From positions 1-64,000 of the forward strand of contig JAHCIT010000003.1 in the NCBI GenBank assembly GCA_026129095.1: a DNA stretch of 64,000 nucleotides, read 5' to 3'. The notes beneath the pieces are model-generated. The model saw only the letters and a list, made by a program, of their open reading frames with translations. It was not told the DNA's origin and made no database searches. Below, piece by piece: positions 29,783 to 39,850 of this stretch; position 1 is the stretch's first letter; the number at the start of each line of letters is the position of its first letter. The position numbers and the translations under genes are program-made. This DNA is from Deltaproteobacteria bacterium. Its GTDB lineage: Bacteria; JAGRBM01; JAHCIT01.

Positions 29783-32700
29783 ATGGGCAGTGACCGGCAT
29801 CAATCAGCATGTCGCGCCGCCGTGTCGGCGTGCATGATATCGCTGCTGGCTGTGGCCGGATGCACAGAGAAGGAAGACATCACCCAGCGCCGGCGGCGTC
29901 CGGGCGCACAATTGCGTGAAGTCGAGAAGGTCGAACGTATCCAGCAGGACCTGGTGATCGAGGATACACCGGCACCGGTGCAGGGCGGCCCCATCGTGGA
30001 TTTCGGTTCAGAGGCGGCCGAGCTGAGCCGCGAGCTGGATGCCGAGCTGAAGGCCCAGACTGCCGCACGAAAGCTGGCCGAGGAGATGGACCGCAAGCGC
30101 GAGGCCGAGCGGATGGATCAGCTCTCCGCGCTGGAGGCCGCCAGCGCCGAAAAGCGCCGGGAACTGGCCGCCGCGACCACCCTGAAGGCAAGCGAAATCT
30201 CCATGAGCGACCAGCAGCTCAAGAAACTGATCGCCGCAAGCGAGGAGTTTGTCGCCAAGGGTGAAGCCCAGAAGAGCCGGGCCAATATCGTCCCGCAGGC
30301 GATCCACCGGCTCGCGGACCTGTATGTCGTCGCCGAAAATGCCCGCTACCAGGAAGCGCTGATGGATTTCGACCTCGCCACCAAGGCGTGTGAGGCGAAC
30401 CCCAGGATCGAATGCCCGGACGATATCCCGCTGAAAGACTATTCCCAGGCGATCGGGTCCTATAACCGCCTGTTGAACGAGTTCCCGGACCGCAAGGATA
30501 ACGACCGCGTCCTCTACATGCTGTCGTTCTGTTATCAGGAAATGGCGATGGTGGCGGCAGCCGAGAAGGTACTGACCGATTTTATTGCCCGCTACCCCAA
30601 GGACCAGCGTACACAGGCGGCTCACTTCCGGCTGGGTGAACTGTATTTCACCAACGCTACCGGGCTGGATCTGTTCGAGGCCCGGCCGTGGCTGGAGAAG
30701 GCCTCGGCGTCGTACAAGAAGGCTACGGAGTTCGATCCGGACAGCGAGTATTTCGACCGTTCCCTTTACAAGCTCGGATGGACGCACTTCCGGATGCAGC
30801 AGTACTCGGTCACTGTGGATTTCATGGCCCGGCTGGTCGAGACCCGGTCGCGGATCGAGATCGAGCAGAAGAAGACCTACAGGAACTTCGACGAACTGTA
30901 TGTCAAGGACACGGGGCTGGTCCGCGAAGCGGTCCAGTACATGTCGATTGCCTTTACGGAAATGGGCGACGGCAAGAGTGGCCCCAGGAATCTCGAGGAA
31001 TACTGGGCGAAGCGGAAGTCGCAGCCCTATGAGCAATACACCTACATTGCGCTGGGTGAGTACCTCAGCAACGAGGAACGCTACGACGAAGCGATAGCGG
31101 TTTACGAGCGGCTGCTGGCGAAATATCCGGCCTATCATCGCGCTCCGAACGTCTACGAACTGATCATCACCACCTATGAGAAGGACAAGAAGTGGGAAAA
31201 GGTGGTTGAGACTCGCAAGCAGATCATCACGGCTCTTGCACCGGGTGGGCTCTGGTGGAACACGAACCAGAAGGATCAGGAGACGGTGGCCCTCGCGGTC
31301 AGCATCCGTTCCAAGGCCATCCTCCAGATGGGTCAGTACCACCATGCCAAGGCCACGCATGCAAAGACGCCCAAGAGCGAGCAGCCGGCGCATTTCGAGG
31401 AGGCTGAAAACTACTACCGGCAGTTCCTGGCGGAGTTCCCCAACACGCCTGAAGCGGGCGACACCCGCTACATGATCGCCGAGGTCTACGTGGCGCGTGG
31501 AAACATGCCGGCAGCGGCGGGGCATTACTACGATGTCGCCTGGGTGCTCCAGCTCGGGGAACGGCAGGAGAGGGCCGGCCTCAAGGCCATCCAGGCCTAC
31601 AACGATTCGCTGGAAGAGGATCTCGACCGCATCGAGAACGACCGCAAGGCCAAGGGACAGGTCTATGCACGCAAGATCGGCCTGCTCCAGAGCCAGTATA
31701 CCGACAAGGTGCTGGATGCGATCCGCAAGTTCTCGGAGAAATACCCGCAACACGAGAAGACCCTCGATATTCTCGTGCTGGAAGGTGCCATCCATTATGA
31801 CGGCGAGAACTGGACGGCATCGCGCAACGTATTCCAGCGGATCGTGAGGGATTATCCGAAAGACCCGCGTTCGCTGCTGCCCAAGCGGTACATCGCGGTC
31901 ACGTACATGGAAGCCGGCATGCTGAAGGAGGCCGAAGAGGCTTATCGCGACGCGGCCAGAGACCCCAGGTGGTCGGCGCAGGACCGCAATGACCTGCTCA
32001 CGCTGCAGACGGCGACCGTATACAAGCGCGCCGAACAGTTCCACGAGCAGCGCGACTACACGCAGGCGGCGGCGACATTCATGCGTGTTCCCAACGAATT
32101 CCCGCAGTCGGATATCGCCGTCAAGGCGTTCTTCCGGGCCGCTACCTCGCACCGGAGCGCCGAGCGGTTCAACGACATGGTGGCGACCTTCAACGACCTC
32201 GCGGCCAGGTACCCGCAGACCGAAGAGGCGGCTGCCGGATATGTGACGATCGGCGAGTACTACCGGGACACGAAGCAGCTCGACAAGGCGGCCGAGCAGT
32301 ATTGCCGGGCCTCGACCCTGTTTGAGCGCCAGAGAAAAATGGCTGACGCCGAGGAGCTCCAGTATGCCTGCGGCAAGACCTATGAGGACCTGAAGGACTG
32401 GAACAACACGCAGGCGGCGTTCCAGAACTATGTCCGCCGGTTCAGGGACAAGAATCTCGCCCGTACGCTGTACGCGACGTTCGTGGACGGCCTGATTTAC
32501 TATGATCGCAAGGACTGGACGAACGCTGACCGTGTATTCAATATGGTGGTCGCCCGTCATCGGGACATGAAGCGCCAGAATCCGGGCCTGACGGATGAAC
32601 TTCCCGCCCGGGCCCGCTTCCTCCAGGCTGACCGCCGGTTCGACGACTACACGGCCATCAAGATCACGCTGCCGCTCAAGCGGTCGTTCCAGCGCAAGCA

Positions 32701-33280
32701 GAAGTCGCTTACCGAACTGCTGGAGCTCTATGCCGGATCGGCGCAGTATCGCGTGCCGGAATATGTAACCGCCTCATCACACCGGATCGGCATGGCACTT
32801 CTGGATTTCCGTACCTCCATCCTTGTGTCGGAGATACCTAAGGAACTGCTGATCGATGAACTGCTGGTTGAGGAGTACAAGCTGCAGCTCGAGGAGCAGT
32901 CCTTCCAGTTCGAAGAAAAGGCAATTGAAACTTTCGAACGTAACCTGAGCTACGGGCAGCAGAACGTCTACCTGAACGAATGGATCAATAAGTCGATTGA
33001 CGAACTGGCCCGCATCGTTCCGGCGAAGTACGCCCGCCCGGAACTGGGAACCGCGCTCTTCTGCGACGAATTCGCATACCGGGTTTACGACGTCCGGCCG
33101 TTCGGCGACCAGGAGGCCCGGGACTCCAAGCGCAAGGCGGACAAGGAGTTCGAGGACCGGCTGAAGCGCGAGGAAGAAGCTGCCGAGATACAGAAGAAGA
33201 AGGCGGAGGCCGAGGCGGCCGAAAAGGCCAGGCAGCAGCCACCACCCGCACCCGCTCCGGCGGCACCAAAGAAACGCTAG
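29783..33280 (+). CDS. Large TPR lipoprotein, GltD/AgmU-like
   Basis: Lipobox LAVAG-C, many TPRs (AHFRLGELYF, SLYKLGWTHF), C-terminal YKLQLEEQSFQFEEKAIETF...NEWINKS...PAKY. Confidence 0.75.
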   Translation: MGSDRHQSACRAAVSACMISLLAVAGCTEKEDITQRRRRPGAQLREVEKVERIQQDLVIEDTPAPVQGGPIVDFGSEAAELSRELDAELKAQTAARKLAEEMDRKREAERMDQLSALEAASAEKRRELAAATTLKASEISMSDQQLKKLIAASEEFVAKGEAQKSRANIVPQAIHRLADLYVVAENARYQEALMDFDLATKACEANPRIECPDDIPLKDYSQAIGSYNRLLNEFPDRKDNDRVLYMLSFCYQEMAMVAAAEKVLTDFIARYPKDQRTQAAHFRLGELYFTNATGLDLFEARPWLEKASASYKKATEFDPDSEYFDRSLYKLGWTHFRMQQYSVTVDFMARLVETRSRIEIEQKKTYRNFDELYVKDTGLVREAVQYMSIAFTEMGDGKSGPRNLEEYWAKRKSQPYEQYTYIALGEYLSNEERYDEAIAVYERLLAKYPAYHRAPNVYELIITTYEKDKKWEKVVETRKQIITALAPGGLWWNTNQKDQETVALAVSIRSKAILQMGQYHHAKATHAKTPKSEQPAHFEEAENYYRQFLAEFPNTPEAGDTRYMIAEVYVARGNMPAAAGHYYDVAWVLQLGERQERAGLKAIQAYNDSLEEDLDRIENDRKAKGQVYARKIGLLQSQYTDKVLDAIRKFSEKYPQHEKTLDILVLEGAIHYDGENWTASRNVFQRIVRDYPKDPRSLLPKRYIAVTYMEAGMLKEAEEAYRDAARDPRWSAQDRNDLLTLQTATVYKRAEQFHEQRDYTQAAATFMRVPNEFPQSDIAVKAFFRAATSHRSAERFNDMVATFNDLAARYPQTEEAAAGYVTIGEYYRDTKQLDKAAEQYCRASTLFERQRKMADAEELQYACGKTYEDLKDWNNTQAAFQNYVRRFRDKNLARTLYATFVDGLIYYDRKDWTNADRVFNMVVARHRDMKRQNPGLTDELPARARFLQADRRFDDYTAIKITLPLKRSFQRKQKSLTELLELYAGSAQYRVPEYVTASSHRIGMALLDFRTSILVSEIPKELLIDELLVEEYKLQLEEQSFQFEEKAIETFERNLSYGQQNVYLNEWINKSIDELARIVPAKYARPELGTALFCDEFAYRVYDVRPFGDQEARDSKRKADKEFEDRLKREEEAAEIQKKKAEAEAAEKARQQPPPAPAPAAPKKR

Positions 33281-33295
33281 GAGAAAGGGGACGTC

Positions 33296-34354
33296 ATGCG
33301 AATGAAATGGAACCAGTATCTGATCGCAACCGGGATCGTGGCGCTTTCGCTGACGTCCGCTACGGGATGCGGGAAGAAGACCGCACCGGCCTATGACAGT
33401 AGCCGGGAAATCGAGGGAGAGGAGTTCCAGATTTCGGATGAAGAGCGTCGCCGCGTCCTGCAGGAACTGGGGGTCGCCGAGGACCAGATTGCCGGCGGGG
33501 ATATTGATCCCACCAAGCGGATGACCGAGGCCGAACGCGAAGCAGCCCGCCAGCGGCAGCGGGAGCGTCAGGCCCAGCGCGGTGAGCCGGCGCCTGATTC
33601 CACGCCAGCCGCTCCGGCCCCCGGCCAGGCCGTGGCGGTCGCGCCAGCCAAACCGGCTGAACCGGCCAAACCGGCAGTGCCGACTGCACCAGCAGCTTCC
33701 GGCCGGGGCATGACCCCCGAAGGGCGGACGGCAAACCGGGCCTGCAAGCAGTGCGAGTTTTACCTGAATGAGAAAGACCTGACGCTGGCGATGCAGCGCG
33801 CTGATGCGCTTGTCCAGCAGTTTCCCCAGATGGCCGAAGGGTACATTGCCCGGGCGATTATTTACCGCCGGCAGGGGAAGCTGGAAGATGCTGAACTGGA
33901 ACTCCGCCGCGCACTTGGTTTCGACAAGGACCATGAATGGGCGACTGTCTATCTGGCCACCCTGTTGAGGGATCAGGGCCGCCTGAAGCCTGCGATCTGG
34001 ATTCTGGAAGAGCACCGGAAGAAGTTCCCGAACTCGCTGCCTGCCCTTTACAGCCTGGGGATTCTGTATGAACTCTATGCCGGAGCATACGCCAAGGCAC
34101 TGGTCACGTATGTCGACTACCTGCGCAAGGGCGGGCCGCGGCAGAAGGAAGTGAATGTCTGGATTGATGCCCTGTCAATCCGCCTCGGCGTCGAACGGCC
34201 GGACACCCCCGGCATGTACGTTGCTCCGCCCCCGAAGCCGGCCGAACCGGCCACTCCGGCGGACGGGGAAGCCAGCCCCGAGGTACCGGCTCCCGCTTCA
34301 CCCGGTCCGGCGCCATCGGCTCCAACTCCGGATCCAGCGCCGCAGGCGTCCTGA
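33296..34354 (+). CDS. TPR lipoprotein, GltE/AglT-like
   Basis: Lipobox SATG-C, Pro/Ala linkers, TPRs ending ALYSLGILYELY...ALVTYVDYL...VNVWIDAL. Confidence 0.7.
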   Translation: MRMKWNQYLIATGIVALSLTSATGCGKKTAPAYDSSREIEGEEFQISDEERRRVLQELGVAEDQIAGGDIDPTKRMTEAEREAARQRQRERQAQRGEPAPDSTPAAPAPGQAVAVAPAKPAEPAKPAVPTAPAASGRGMTPEGRTANRACKQCEFYLNEKDLTLAMQRADALVQQFPQMAEGYIARAIIYRRQGKLEDAELELRRALGFDKDHEWATVYLATLLRDQGRLKPAIWILEEHRKKFPNSLPALYSLGILYELYAGAYAKALVTYVDYLRKGGPRQKEVNVWIDALSIRLGVERPDTPGMYVAPPPKPAEPATPADGEASPEVPAPASPGPAPSAPTPDPAPQAS

Positions 34355-34415
34355 TTGCGGGGGCTGTGGCTCGCCAAGTTGGCTTAGTTCTCATCAGTTC
34401 CAAGTGAATAATTTA

Positions 34416-34431
34416 TGTGAGTTTCCTCACG
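34416..34431. promoter_or_regulatory. CRP/FNR-family-like box in an AT-rich intergenic region
   Basis: TGTGA-GTTTCC-TCACG matches TGTGA-N6-TCACA at 9 of 10 positions, preceded by an AT-rich flank. Confidence 0.4.
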
Positions 34432-34625
34432 TCTTATGTAACCGGCTGGAATGGTTTGATTTCGGCTGGCGCGGCGCGTCAGCAGGCTTGGGACAATGTT
34501 ATGAAAATGTTGGGGATCACACTCATTTTTCTTGAGTTTCGGGTATCCTGAGGATTATGTTCCTTCACATCGGTTTACAGTTCTTTCGGGGAAGGAAACC
34601 ATCCGGCGGAAGGATGCGAGTGGGA

Positions 34626-35096
34626 ATGAGAATTCTTGCCTTCGTTTTATTCACTGTAATCGGCGGGCTCGCCGTGAACGTGAACCTTGTGTTTGCCCAG
34701 TCCGCCGGGAAGGGCAAGGCAGACGCGAAGGCGGGCGCAAAACCGGCGGCCGATACCGGGAAAAAGGAAAAAGAAGTCGTCACGACCCGCTCTCGCTCGG
34801 GTGCTGTACAGTTCGAGGCCCTCCGCATTGAGACCGAAAAGGAAGGTCCAGGCGTCATCTTCATCGACAACTGGACGCCGAGCACGAAGCGCGAGTTTGA
34901 CGACGAAGCCAAGAGCGAACTGGACCGGGTGTTCATGGACATTCGCGGCCTGAACCGCTCATTCGACCGGCGCATCAAGCAGGCCCCCGATGTCACCCAA
35001 ATTCAGCGTGAAAATGCCGCTCGCGATGCCGAGCGGCGGCTCCTTTCCCTTGACCAGGGCCGGGTCAAGACCGACCGGGCAACTGTTCAGCGCTAA
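34626..35096 (+). CDS. Small secreted protein, GltF/CglF-like (alternative starts 34557, 34614)
   Basis: Signal peptide, then FEALRIETEKEGPGVIFI...RSFDRRI, which resembles the CglF motif. Lies between GltE-like and GltG-like genes. Confidence 0.55.
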   Translation: MRILAFVLFTVIGGLAVNVNLVFAQSAGKGKADAKAGAKPAADTGKKEKEVVTTRSRSGAVQFEALRIETEKEGPGVIFIDNWTPSTKREFDDEAKSELDRVFMDIRGLNRSFDRRIKQAPDVTQIQRENAARDAERRLLSLDQGRVKTDRATVQR

Positions 35097-35196
35097 CCCT
35101 TGAAATAGACACACGGTACGCAGTGCTCCGACTGGAGCGGAGCGTTACTTCGTCTTCATTTTGACGGCAAAAACACCGCCGAAGCCAGCGATTTCG

Positions 35197-35225
35197 TTGA
35201 CCCTTCCGGCGTCAGCCGCTAGGCT
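35197..35225 (+). promoter_or_regulatory. Putative sigma70 promoter of the gltG-like gene
   Basis: TTGACC-N17-TAGGCT, 36 nt before the ATG. Confidence 0.55.
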
Positions 35226-35261
35226 TGCCCGGAAGCAGTTCTCTTCGGCACTGGAAGCACG

Positions 35262-36761
35262 ATGTCGGTAACGGGTTCCGAAAAACAGCACGGCCATTCG
35301 GCGGCAGGCGGCCAGCAGCAGGGCCTTTTGCCCTGTGTGATTGAAGGCGGCAGCGGCCGGCGCGGCTACTTTGCCGGCGGCAAACTGGTGATCGGACCTG
35401 GTGGAAATGGCGCTTTTGCGGCCAAGGGGATCGACGCCCCGGTTCAGATTGCCGGCCCGTCCAAGTCGGCAGACCAGTTTTACCTGTTCCTCACCCGGGA
35501 AATGACAGGGCGGATCATCCGGGGGAATGAAACCACCCCCATTGATGATCCGTCGGCGCTGGGGCTCCGCGAGAATAACGGCCGCTACGCGCTGCCAGTA
35601 ACCAAGGAAATGAAAGTTGACCTCAGGATCGGCGAAGCCGTCCTCAGGTTCAGTTGGGAAATGGAAAACACAGAACAGCCATCCGCAAAGAAACCGTCCG
35701 CCGCCCCCTCATCCGCACAGGGCCGTCCGCCTGCGCCACCGCCGGCTTCACCCGGAAAGATGCCCGTGTTCCGCCGGGCCAAGTCCAAAGACAAGGACAA
35801 GGAAAAGAAGCGCGGCCGCATCCGGATGACCACCAAGCCGATCCGCTGGGTGGAGATTCCGGTTACCGATCCGGGCAACAAGCCAATGGTGGGGTCATTC
35901 GGCCTCGTTGCGACGGTCTGTATCGGCGTGCTGGCCACGCTGGCTTACATGCGGCTGCACTACCTGCCTCCCAAGGATATCGCCGCCCCGCCGCCCAAGA
36001 TCGTGACCAAGCTTCTCGTTCCAGAAAAGCCGGAGCTTCCGCCTCCTCCGCCAATCGAGAAACCGCTGGAGATGAAGAAGGAAGAGGTGGTCGAGGAGCC
36101 GAAAGCCGACGCCAAGCCCGACAAGGCACCTAACGCGGAAGCTACCAGGGAGGAGCGCCGCGCCCAGGCCAAGGAGCAGGTGAAGTCCCAGGGACTTCTG
36201 GCCGTGCTGGGTTCCAAGGGCGGTCCCTCGGCCAGCCGGGATATCACGCGGGCAACTTCTGCCCTCCAGAACGTGTTCCAGGGCCTTGGTGCCGTGACCA
36301 CGAGTTCCAAGGGCGACACCGACATAAAGAATCTCGGCGGCTATGGCGAAGCAGGGGGTATCGACGATGCCATCGCCGGGCTGAAAGCCGTCAAGAGCAA
36401 CGTGGGCAAGACGACGGCCGAGAAAGTGGACGATTCGATCGTCTCCGGAGAGGCCGCTGGTGATAACCGGCGCTCGTACGCTGCTATCGCGGCGGTCATG
36501 CGGCGCTACCAGCCGCTGCTGAAGAGCCGTCATACACGGCTCCTGCGTACTGCCCCGGCGGCACAGGGCAAGATCACGGTTGAATTCACCATTGCGGCCG
36601 ACGGTTCGGTCAAGAGCCAGAAGATTACGGATTCCGCCTTCAGCCGCTATCCGGAGTTTGAAAAGGAAATCCTCGACCTGATCGGCAAGATCCGCTTCGA
36701 ACCGATCGAAAAGGGCGAGGTTCGCGTTGCCTTCCCGTTCATCTTCACCGTCAGCGGCTGA
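35262..36761 (+). CDS. AgmX/PglI (GltG-like) TonB C-terminal domain protein
   Basis: FHA-like beta N-terminus, single TM, Pro/Lys/Glu linker, GLLAVLG, C-terminal RSYAAIAAVM...QGKITVEFTIAADGSV...IRF...VAFPFIF. Confidence 0.8.
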   Translation: MSVTGSEKQHGHSAAGGQQQGLLPCVIEGGSGRRGYFAGGKLVIGPGGNGAFAAKGIDAPVQIAGPSKSADQFYLFLTREMTGRIIRGNETTPIDDPSALGLRENNGRYALPVTKEMKVDLRIGEAVLRFSWEMENTEQPSAKKPSAAPSSAQGRPPAPPPASPGKMPVFRRAKSKDKDKEKKRGRIRMTTKPIRWVEIPVTDPGNKPMVGSFGLVATVCIGVLATLAYMRLHYLPPKDIAAPPPKIVTKLLVPEKPELPPPPPIEKPLEMKKEEVVEEPKADAKPDKAPNAEATREERRAQAKEQVKSQGLLAVLGSKGGPSASRDITRATSALQNVFQGLGAVTTSSKGDTDIKNLGGYGEAGGIDDAIAGLKAVKSNVGKTTAEKVDDSIVSGEAAGDNRRSYAAIAAVMRRYQPLLKSRHTRLLRTAPAAQGKITVEFTIAADGSVKSQKITDSAFSRYPEFEKEILDLIGKIRFEPIEKGEVRVAFPFIFTVSG

Positions 36762-36788
36762 AGTCCGGGCTAAAATACGTTCACAAAT

Positions 36789-36827
36789 GGCCGCCGGGAT
36801 GGTCAATCCATCCCGGCGGCCTTATTT
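36789..36827 (+). terminator. Rho-independent terminator
   Basis: Perfect 14-bp stem GGCCGCCGGGATGG-TCAAT-CCATCCCGGCGGCC followed by TTATTT, 27 nt after the stop codon. Confidence 0.85.
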
Positions 36828-37087
36828 ATCCGGTTGTTCGTCCGCTGTGAAATCGGCAGGGCGGTATGGCTCTTGCTGGTTTGGCAGCCCGGCTGGAGGG
36901 CCTCACGAGGAGCTGATACCGTATCAGAAATGTATAAACTCTTAAAATCACTGTATTTCAGGCAGAGATATACGAAAAACGGCTTGCGCCCGGGCCCGGT
37001 TTTTGATATCCAAGTTCGGGCCGCTGCGTCAAAACCGTGGCAATCAGTGAGGGCCGGAGCGCAGCGGCAGGCGGCCAAGTCAAATTC

Positions 37088-38872
37088 ATGGCATCATCAA
37101 AAAAACCAAATAAATCAGCTGGTTCAAGCAAGAAAAAATCGGCAGCAGGGGCTATCCGGCGACCTACTGTCGGCAAAAACAATATGACTGCCAATAAAAT
37201 GACATCACGTTCGGCTGCTAAAGTCGTAAAGAAAACGGCTGCCCCGGCAAAGGGAAAGGCCGTGAAGGCCCCAGCCAAGGGGAACAAGGCCGTACCGGCG
37301 AAGGCCCAGGGCAAGGTGGTCGCGAAGGCGATGACCTACGAGCAGGTTACGAAGCTTCAGGCGGGCGCTGGAGCCGCCGGGGCTGCCGGCAGCAAGAAGG
37401 CGCGTCCGGCGCCATTCTCGTCACCGGATGCGGCCAAGCTTCGCGAACAGAAGCGCAAGCTCGCCCAGATTCTTGGTCCTGAGGAAGAGCAGCAGGATAT
37501 CTACGACGAAGTCGATATCATGAAGACCTACCTGAAAGAGGTAGGCAACATAAAGCTCTTCACGCCGGAAGAAGAAGTGAAGGCGGCCTCGAAAATCGAG
37601 GCCATTACCGAAAAGCTCTACGACACGGTGCTTGTCGTTCCATTCGTCACGCATCTGATCATGTACCGTTCCAGTCTTCTCAAGGAGAAGAAATACAAGG
37701 TCTGGGACATGGTGAAATACGACGAGATGATCGACCGTGGCGCCGATGAGGAGGCCGTATCGGAAAAGGTCATCCGCACGGCCACCGTCCTGAAGGCGCT
37801 CCACCAGAAGCGCCTCCGGATGATGAAGGAACTTTATGACAAGCGGCTGTCGAAGCAGGCCCGCGAGAAACTGGACAGCCGGTATGACAAGCTGCTCCAG
37901 GAACTGCTGGACAACATCAAGAGGCTGAACCTGAACATCGTGTTCGTCGAGGGTATCGTGCGCATGCTGCAGGCGTGGCGGGACGGCAAGCACCGCGACG
38001 CAGGCATGCCCGGTATGCTCGTGATCGAAAACGAGACTGCCGCCGAAATGATCCTGCCCCCGGCGCATCTTGAGGTCGGTTATCCGGAGGAGAACCTGAG
38101 ACGCCTCCTTGTCGAGGTGGAGCGCACCCAGCGGGAGATCAAGTTCGCCAAGGAGGAGTTCGTCAAGGCAAACCTCCGGCTGGTGATCTCTATCGCCAAG
38201 AAATACCGCAATGCCAAGGTGTCGCTCACCGATCTCGTCCAGGAGGGCAACATCGGCCTCATGCGCGCCGTGGACAAATACGAATACAAGCGCGGCCTGA
38301 AGTTCTCCACCTATGCGACCTGGTGGATCAAGCAGGCCATCAACCGGGCCATTTTCGACCAGTCGCGCACGGTGCGTATCCCGGTCTACATGCGCGAGAA
38401 CCTGAACAAGCTGAAGCAGGCGCAGAAGAAGCTCTCCAGCGCGTCCGGAGAGCCGCCCTCCATCCACGACATCGCCAAGGAACTGGGCATGCCCGAGGAC
38501 CGCGTGACCGAGCTGCTCCAGATCGATCTGGAAACGGTCTCGCTGGAAATGTCCGTGGGCAAGGAAGATGACAAGGTGCTCGCCGACCTCATCGAGGACG
38601 ACAAGGTTCCGCTTCCCGAAGAGGAGATGGTGAACATCTCGCTTGCCGAGGAACTGGACAAGGCGCTGAAGACGCTTTCTCCCCGCGAGGAAAAGATCCT
38701 GCGCATGCGGTTCGGAATCGGCGGCACACGGCGTCACACGCTGCTCGAGATTGGCAAGGATTTCGGACTCACCCGCGAGCGCATACGCCAGATCGAGAAA
38801 AAGGGCGTCGAAAAGCTGCGTCTTCCGCTCAAGAACGTCAGTTTGCAGGACTTCCTCGAAGAAGGCCTGTAA
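37088..38872 (+). CDS. RpoD-like sigma70 factor with a basic low-complexity N-terminus; probable ATG 37088
   Basis: Region 1.2 [69 protein letters not shown], region 4 TRERIRQIE. Confidence 0.92.
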   Translation: MASSKKPNKSAGSSKKKSAAGAIRRPTVGKNNMTANKMTSRSAAKVVKKTAAPAKGKAVKAPAKGNKAVPAKAQGKVVAKAMTYEQVTKLQAGAGAAGAAGSKKARPAPFSSPDAAKLREQKRKLAQILGPEEEQQDIYDEVDIMKTYLKEVGNIKLFTPEEEVKAASKIEAITEKLYDTVLVVPFVTHLIMYRSSLLKEKKYKVWDMVKYDEMIDRGADEEAVSEKVIRTATVLKALHQKRLRMMKELYDKRLSKQAREKLDSRYDKLLQELLDNIKRLNLNIVFVEGIVRMLQAWRDGKHRDAGMPGMLVIENETAAEMILPPAHLEVGYPEENLRRLLVEVERTQREIKFAKEEFVKANLRLVISIAKKYRNAKVSLTDLVQEGNIGLMRAVDKYEYKRGLKFSTYATWWIKQAINRAIFDQSRTVRIPVYMRENLNKLKQAQKKLSSASGEPPSIHDIAKELGMPEDRVTELLQIDLETVSLEMSVGKEDDKVLADLIEDDKVPLPEEEMVNISLAEELDKALKTLSPREEKILRMRFGIGGTRRHTLLEIGKDFGLTRERIRQIEKKGVEKLRLPLKNVSLQDFLEEGL

Positions 38873-38923
38873 GACCCGTTCCTCCTTGCCCCGTTTCCCT
38901 GAAACCGGTTACTAAGCGGTCCT

Positions 38924-39793
38924 ATGCCCGCTCCAGCCGTCACGACTGCCAATACGGTACCCTACGACGACCTTCACCGGACGCTGGGCTACCTGGACCT
39001 GCCTATCTGCTACCGGAAGTGGCCGGTTGACGGTGCGAAAGGCGCTGTCGTGATCGTTCACGGCCTTTCCGAGCATTCGGGCCGGTACCGCCACGTGGCC
39101 GAGGCACTGAACGCCCGCAAGCTGTCGGTCTTCGCTCTCGACAACCGTGGCCATGGCCGGACGGGTGGCCAGCGGTGCCATGTGGATGCCTATGACGACT
39201 ATGTGCGCGACCTGGAGCGGTTCTTCTCGACCGTGGTTGAGCCTGAGCTCAAGGGAACTCCCGTGGCCCTGTTCGGCCATTCCAATGGGGGTCTGATCGC
39301 TGCCCGGTTCGTTCTGGCGAATCCGTCGCGTGTCCGGGCGTTGGCGCTTTCCGGGCCCCTTCTGAAGCTCATCAAGGAAGTCCCCCCCTGGAAGCGGATA
39401 CTGGGAAGCCTGTTCGACAGGTACTGGCCCCGGTTCAAGTTCCCCAATGACCTTGCGCCCGAACAGCTCACGCACGATCCGCTGATGATCGAGGCGTGGA
39501 TGCGCGATGGCCTGATCGCCCACGAGGTGACGCCGAGATGGTTCAAGGAGTCAGAGCGGGCCAGTGCCGATGCGCTCGCACGGGCACGGGAAATCCGCGT
39601 TCCGCTGCTTGTCCAGCACGGCGGGGCGGACCCGCTTACGTCGCCGCAAGCGTCGAGGCAGTTCGTGGCGCACGCTTCCAGCGAGACGAAAGAGTGCCGC
39701 ATTTATGACGGCCTCCGGCATGAGATTGTCAATGAGATCGAACGGGACCGGGTGATCGCAGAGCTGGCGGACTGGCTGGCGGCAAGGTTCTGA
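38924..39793 (+). CDS. Lysophospholipase / monoacylglycerol lipase family hydrolase
   Basis: VHGLSEHSGRY, DNRGHGRT, GHSNGG, HGGADPL, YDGLRHEI. Confidence 0.88.
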   Translation: MPAPAVTTANTVPYDDLHRTLGYLDLPICYRKWPVDGAKGAVVIVHGLSEHSGRYRHVAEALNARKLSVFALDNRGHGRTGGQRCHVDAYDDYVRDLERFFSTVVEPELKGTPVALFGHSNGGLIAARFVLANPSRVRALALSGPLLKLIKEVPPWKRILGSLFDRYWPRFKFPNDLAPEQLTHDPLMIEAWMRDGLIAHEVTPRWFKESERASADALARAREIRVPLLVQHGGADPLTSPQASRQFVAHASSETKECRIYDGLRHEIVNEIERDRVIAELADWLAARF

Positions 39794-39850
39794 CGGCTGC
39801 CGGGGCCGTTCGAGGGCGGACAGGGCGGGAATGTCCGGAGGGGGCGGGTC

